64,000 bases of DNA from an uncultured Spirochaetota bacterium (GTDB taxonomy: Bacteria; Spirochaetota; Spirochaetia; SZUA-6; Fen-1364): assembly GCA_963781885.1 (NCBI GenBank), contig CAWAHW010000002.1, positions 736,001 through 800,000 of the forward strand, given 5' to 3'. The position numbers were made by a program, and so were the translations under genes. Every line of letters starts with the position of its first letter. Position 1 is the stretch's first letter. Under the pieces are notes generated by a model. It worked only from the letters and a program-made list of their open reading frames with translations, made no database searches and had not been told where the DNA came from. Below are positions 61,425 to 64,000 of this stretch, piece after piece.

Positions 61425-62780
61425 ATGCCCGCAACGGAGTTTCCGAAGGGGTTTCTCTGGGGCGCCGCCACTGCCGCCTACCAGATCGAAGGCGCCGTGC
61501 ACGACGACGGGCGCGGCGAATCGATCTGGGACAGGTTCTGTCGCCGGCCCGGCGCGATAGAAAACGGCGATACCGGCGACGTCGCCTGCGACCATTACCA
61601 TCGGTGGCGCGACGACCTTGAGAACATGCGCGCGCTGGGGCTGAAGGCGTACCGGTTCTCCGTGGCATGGCCGCGCCTCTTTCCCCAGGGGCACGGGAGG
61701 ATGGAGCAGCGGGGTCTTGCCTTCTATGAGGCGTTGGTCGACGCGCTGCTGTCCGCCGGCATCGAGCCTGCCGTGACGCTCTATCACTGGGACCTGCCGC
61801 AGGCGCTCCAGGACAAGGGCGGCTGGACGAACCGCGACACCGCCCTGTGGTTTGCCGACTATGCCGCCTGCCTCTTCACGCATCTTGGAGACAGGGTGAA
61901 GACCTGGATGACGCTGAACGAGCCGCATATTTCCGCCTTCCTCGGGCACGCTTTGGGCATTCATGCGCCGGGGCTGGCGGACTATGCCGCGGCCGTCCAG
62001 GCTTCCCACGTGCTCTTTCTTGCCCACGCCCGGGGCGTACAGGCCTTTCGGGAGCTGGGCCCGGCGACGCACCGCATCGGCATCGCGCTGGACCTCCACC
62101 CGGTGCATCCCTTCACCGACGGGATGTCGGACGTGGAGGCAGCGCAGCGCGCCGACGAGGTCGACAACAGGTGGTACCTGGACCCGGTGCTCCGGGGCAC
62201 GTATCCCGCCGACCTCCTGGCGCTGTATGCCAGGCATCGCGTCGCCCCGCAGGTGCTGGCGGAGGACCTTGCGCTCCTGGCGGCGCAGCGCGCCGACTTT
62301 GTGGGCGTGAACTATTACTTTCCCACGCACGTCTATGCAAGCGACGAAGGCGGCATGCTGGGCTACAAGGAAGCTGCAAAAAGGGATTGCAGGCGCACGG
62401 CCATGGGGTGGGAGATTTCAGCCCCCGATCTGCACGACCTGCTCCTGCGGATCCACAACGACTACGCCGGGCCCGCGCTAATGATCACGGAAAACGGGGC
62501 GGCTTTCGCGGATGACGTGGTGGAGCGCGGCATCGTCCAGGACGACGCGCGCATCGACTACATCGGCAGCCATTTGCGCGAGGCACGCCGCGCAATCGGA
62601 CACGGCGTGAAGCTCGAGGCCTATTTCGTCTGGTCGCTCATGGACAATTTCGAATGGTCAATGGGCTACGCGAAGCGTTTCGGGATCACGCACGTGGACT
62701 ATCGCACGCTCGCGCGCACTTGGAAGAAAAGCGCCCACTGGTACCAGTCGGTGATCGACAGCAACGGCGGGGTGCTGTAG
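61425..62780 (+). CDS. GH1 beta-glucosidase
   Basis: FLWGAATAAYQIEG, TLNEP, ITENG and WSLMDNFEW. Confidence 0.96.
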   Translation: MPATEFPKGFLWGAATAAYQIEGAVHDDGRGESIWDRFCRRPGAIENGDTGDVACDHYHRWRDDLENMRALGLKAYRFSVAWPRLFPQGHGRMEQRGLAFYEALVDALLSAGIEPAVTLYHWDLPQALQDKGGWTNRDTALWFADYAACLFTHLGDRVKTWMTLNEPHISAFLGHALGIHAPGLADYAAAVQASHVLFLAHARGVQAFRELGPATHRIGIALDLHPVHPFTDGMSDVEAAQRADEVDNRWYLDPVLRGTYPADLLALYARHRVAPQVLAEDLALLAAQRADFVGVNYYFPTHVYASDEGGMLGYKEAAKRDCRRTAMGWEISAPDLHDLLLRIHNDYAGPALMITENGAAFADDVVERGIVQDDARIDYIGSHLREARRAIGHGVKLEAYFVWSLMDNFEWSMGYAKRFGITHVDYRTLARTWKKSAHWYQSVIDSNGGVL

Positions 62781-62800
62781 CGCACCCCGTCGCCGCTACA

Positions 62801-62824
62801 AATGCCACGGAGTACCGTGGCCGC
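62801..62824. repeat. REP-like family A, single unit
   Basis: AATGCCACGGAGTACCGTGGCCGC between convergent genes. Confidence 0.8.
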
Positions 62825-62825
62825 C

Positions 62826-63549
62826 CTACATCGTGCGGCCGCCGAATGTTGCCACCAGGTCGTCCACTTCCATGACGCCGTGGATGCGAAACGGCTCGCC
62901 GTATTTCTTGCCGATCAAATGCCCGTAGTGCGCCATGCGGGCAAAAAGCAGCTCTTGGAATTGCTCGCTCGCAATGAAGGTGGGAGGCCCGCTCGATGCC
63001 GTGCCGGCGACGAAAACCTGGGACGAATAGGCATGCAGGGCACGGCGCTTCTCGTCGATCACGGCGCTGATGTCCACGATGAAGCTCGGCTCGAACTCCC
63101 AGGTCGACATGTAGGAGACGAGCTGGGCCGGCCGATAGGGCTCCTGGCCCGTATCGATCTTCGCAAGCCCGGGCAAGGAACGCCGCTTCCTCGACGATGC
63201 GCGCGGTGGCGGGGTGGTCGGGGTGCCGGTCCTCATCGTGGGGGAGAAGCACGATCCGCGGGCGATGCGCGCGTATCTCGCGCACCACGGCGAGCTTGGA
63301 CTCCCGGTCCGGCGTGAGCCACCCGTCAGGAAGGCCGAGCATGCCATGATGGGCGAGCCCCAGGATCGCCGCGGCCGCGTCGAACTCCGCCGCGCGCGCC
63401 GCAATGGTGCCCCGGGTGCCCATCTCACCCCGGGTGAGCGTGATGACGCCCGTGGACGCGCCGGCGCGCGCGGCGCGGATGAGGGTGCCGGCGGCGGCCA
63501 GCTCCACGTCGTCGGGATGCGCGCCGAATGCAAGGATGTCCAGGCTCAT
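62826..63549 (-). CDS. bshB1: Bacillithiol biosynthesis deacetylase BshB1, +1 frameshift at ~63172
   Basis: LAFGAHPDDVE, LTRGEMGTRG, DRHPDH and YGEPF; directly downstream of bshC. Confidence 0.88.
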
Positions 63550-63559
63550 GCGTCCACCA

Positions 63560-63680
63560 AAGCAGTTCTCATTTTAGACCTTCCGGAGACCTGGAACAGG
63601 TATGCACACTTTGAAAACGGCCGTCCCTCATGGGACAAAATGAGAACTGCATCATTCAGTCACCATACTGAGAGTCGCCG
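63560..63680 (-). mobile_element. MITE copy 2 (121 bp, empty)
   Basis: 51 bp identical to copy 1, remainder similar; flanked by CGTCCACCA (63551-63559) and CGTCCACCC (63681-63689). Confidence 0.85.
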
Positions 63681-64000
63681 CGTCCACCCCCAGCACGCGG
63701 TGCTCCGGTGCAAAGGGGTCCGCGCAGTCGATCAGCTGGGACACGATCCTGTCGCCGTGCCGCGCGAGAAAGGGCAGCGCGCAAAGAGTCCGTTCCTGCA
63801 GGCCGCCCCGCGGCGCGAGCGTGGACACGAGTCTCTGCACCTTGCCGCGCAGGATCACGTTCTTCTTCCGCGCGGCCTGTGCGATCTTTTTTTCCAGCCG
63901 GTCGAGCTGCCACAGGGAACGCGACTTTCCAAGCTCCGCGGTCCTGTGCAGCGTCGCGTCCAGGCCGTCGATCTCTCCCACGATCCCGCGCCACGTCTCC
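63652..64000 (-). CDS. bshC: Bacillithiol cysteine ligase BshC, 3' part only
   Basis: 'D.TL...LEKKI...L.P.G.LQER...F...G' C-terminal signature next to bshB1. Confidence 0.8.
   Translation of the reverse strand, partial: ETWRGIVGEIDGLDATLHRTAELGKSRSLWQLDRLEKKIAQAARKKNVILRGKVQRLVSTLAPRGGLQERTLCALPFLARHGDRIVSQLIDCADPFAPEHRVLGVDAATLSMVTE

Overview
GC-rich bacterial chromosomal window, most likely from a free-living spirochaete (Spirochaetia). The inference rests on the fliS-flgN-like-polA-coaE-SPOR gene order, the long prs and the short alaS. About 50 housekeeping, envelope and transport genes are present, including msmK-like, pmm/pgm, glgP, aroDE, prs, galE-like, polA, coaE, bshA, cysE, dinB, a Yip1-TolC-MacAB-type exporter, an AAA ATPase, a hybrid kinase, hisB, alaS, pbpC, clpB, a GH1 glucosidase, bshB1 and bshC. 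The most notable structure is a nested mobile element. A 121-bp MITE with a 9-bp target-site duplication occurs twice (39866-40873 and 63560-63680). The first copy carries a 5'-truncated IS110 inserted at an AG/CT core inside its right inverted repeat. The IS110 3' non-coding region has bridge-RNA architecture, and its predicted guides match the MITE repeat (target) and the IS right end (donor). Other observations: two dispersed hairpin repeat families, in-frame tandem repeats inside coaE and the galE-like gene, many apparently leaderless genes, a probable CTG start for aroDE, a complete bacillithiol gene set, and six single-base frameshifts that look like sequencing errors. No rRNA, tRNA or CRISPR array was seen. 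All calls come from reading the sequence; no database searches were run.
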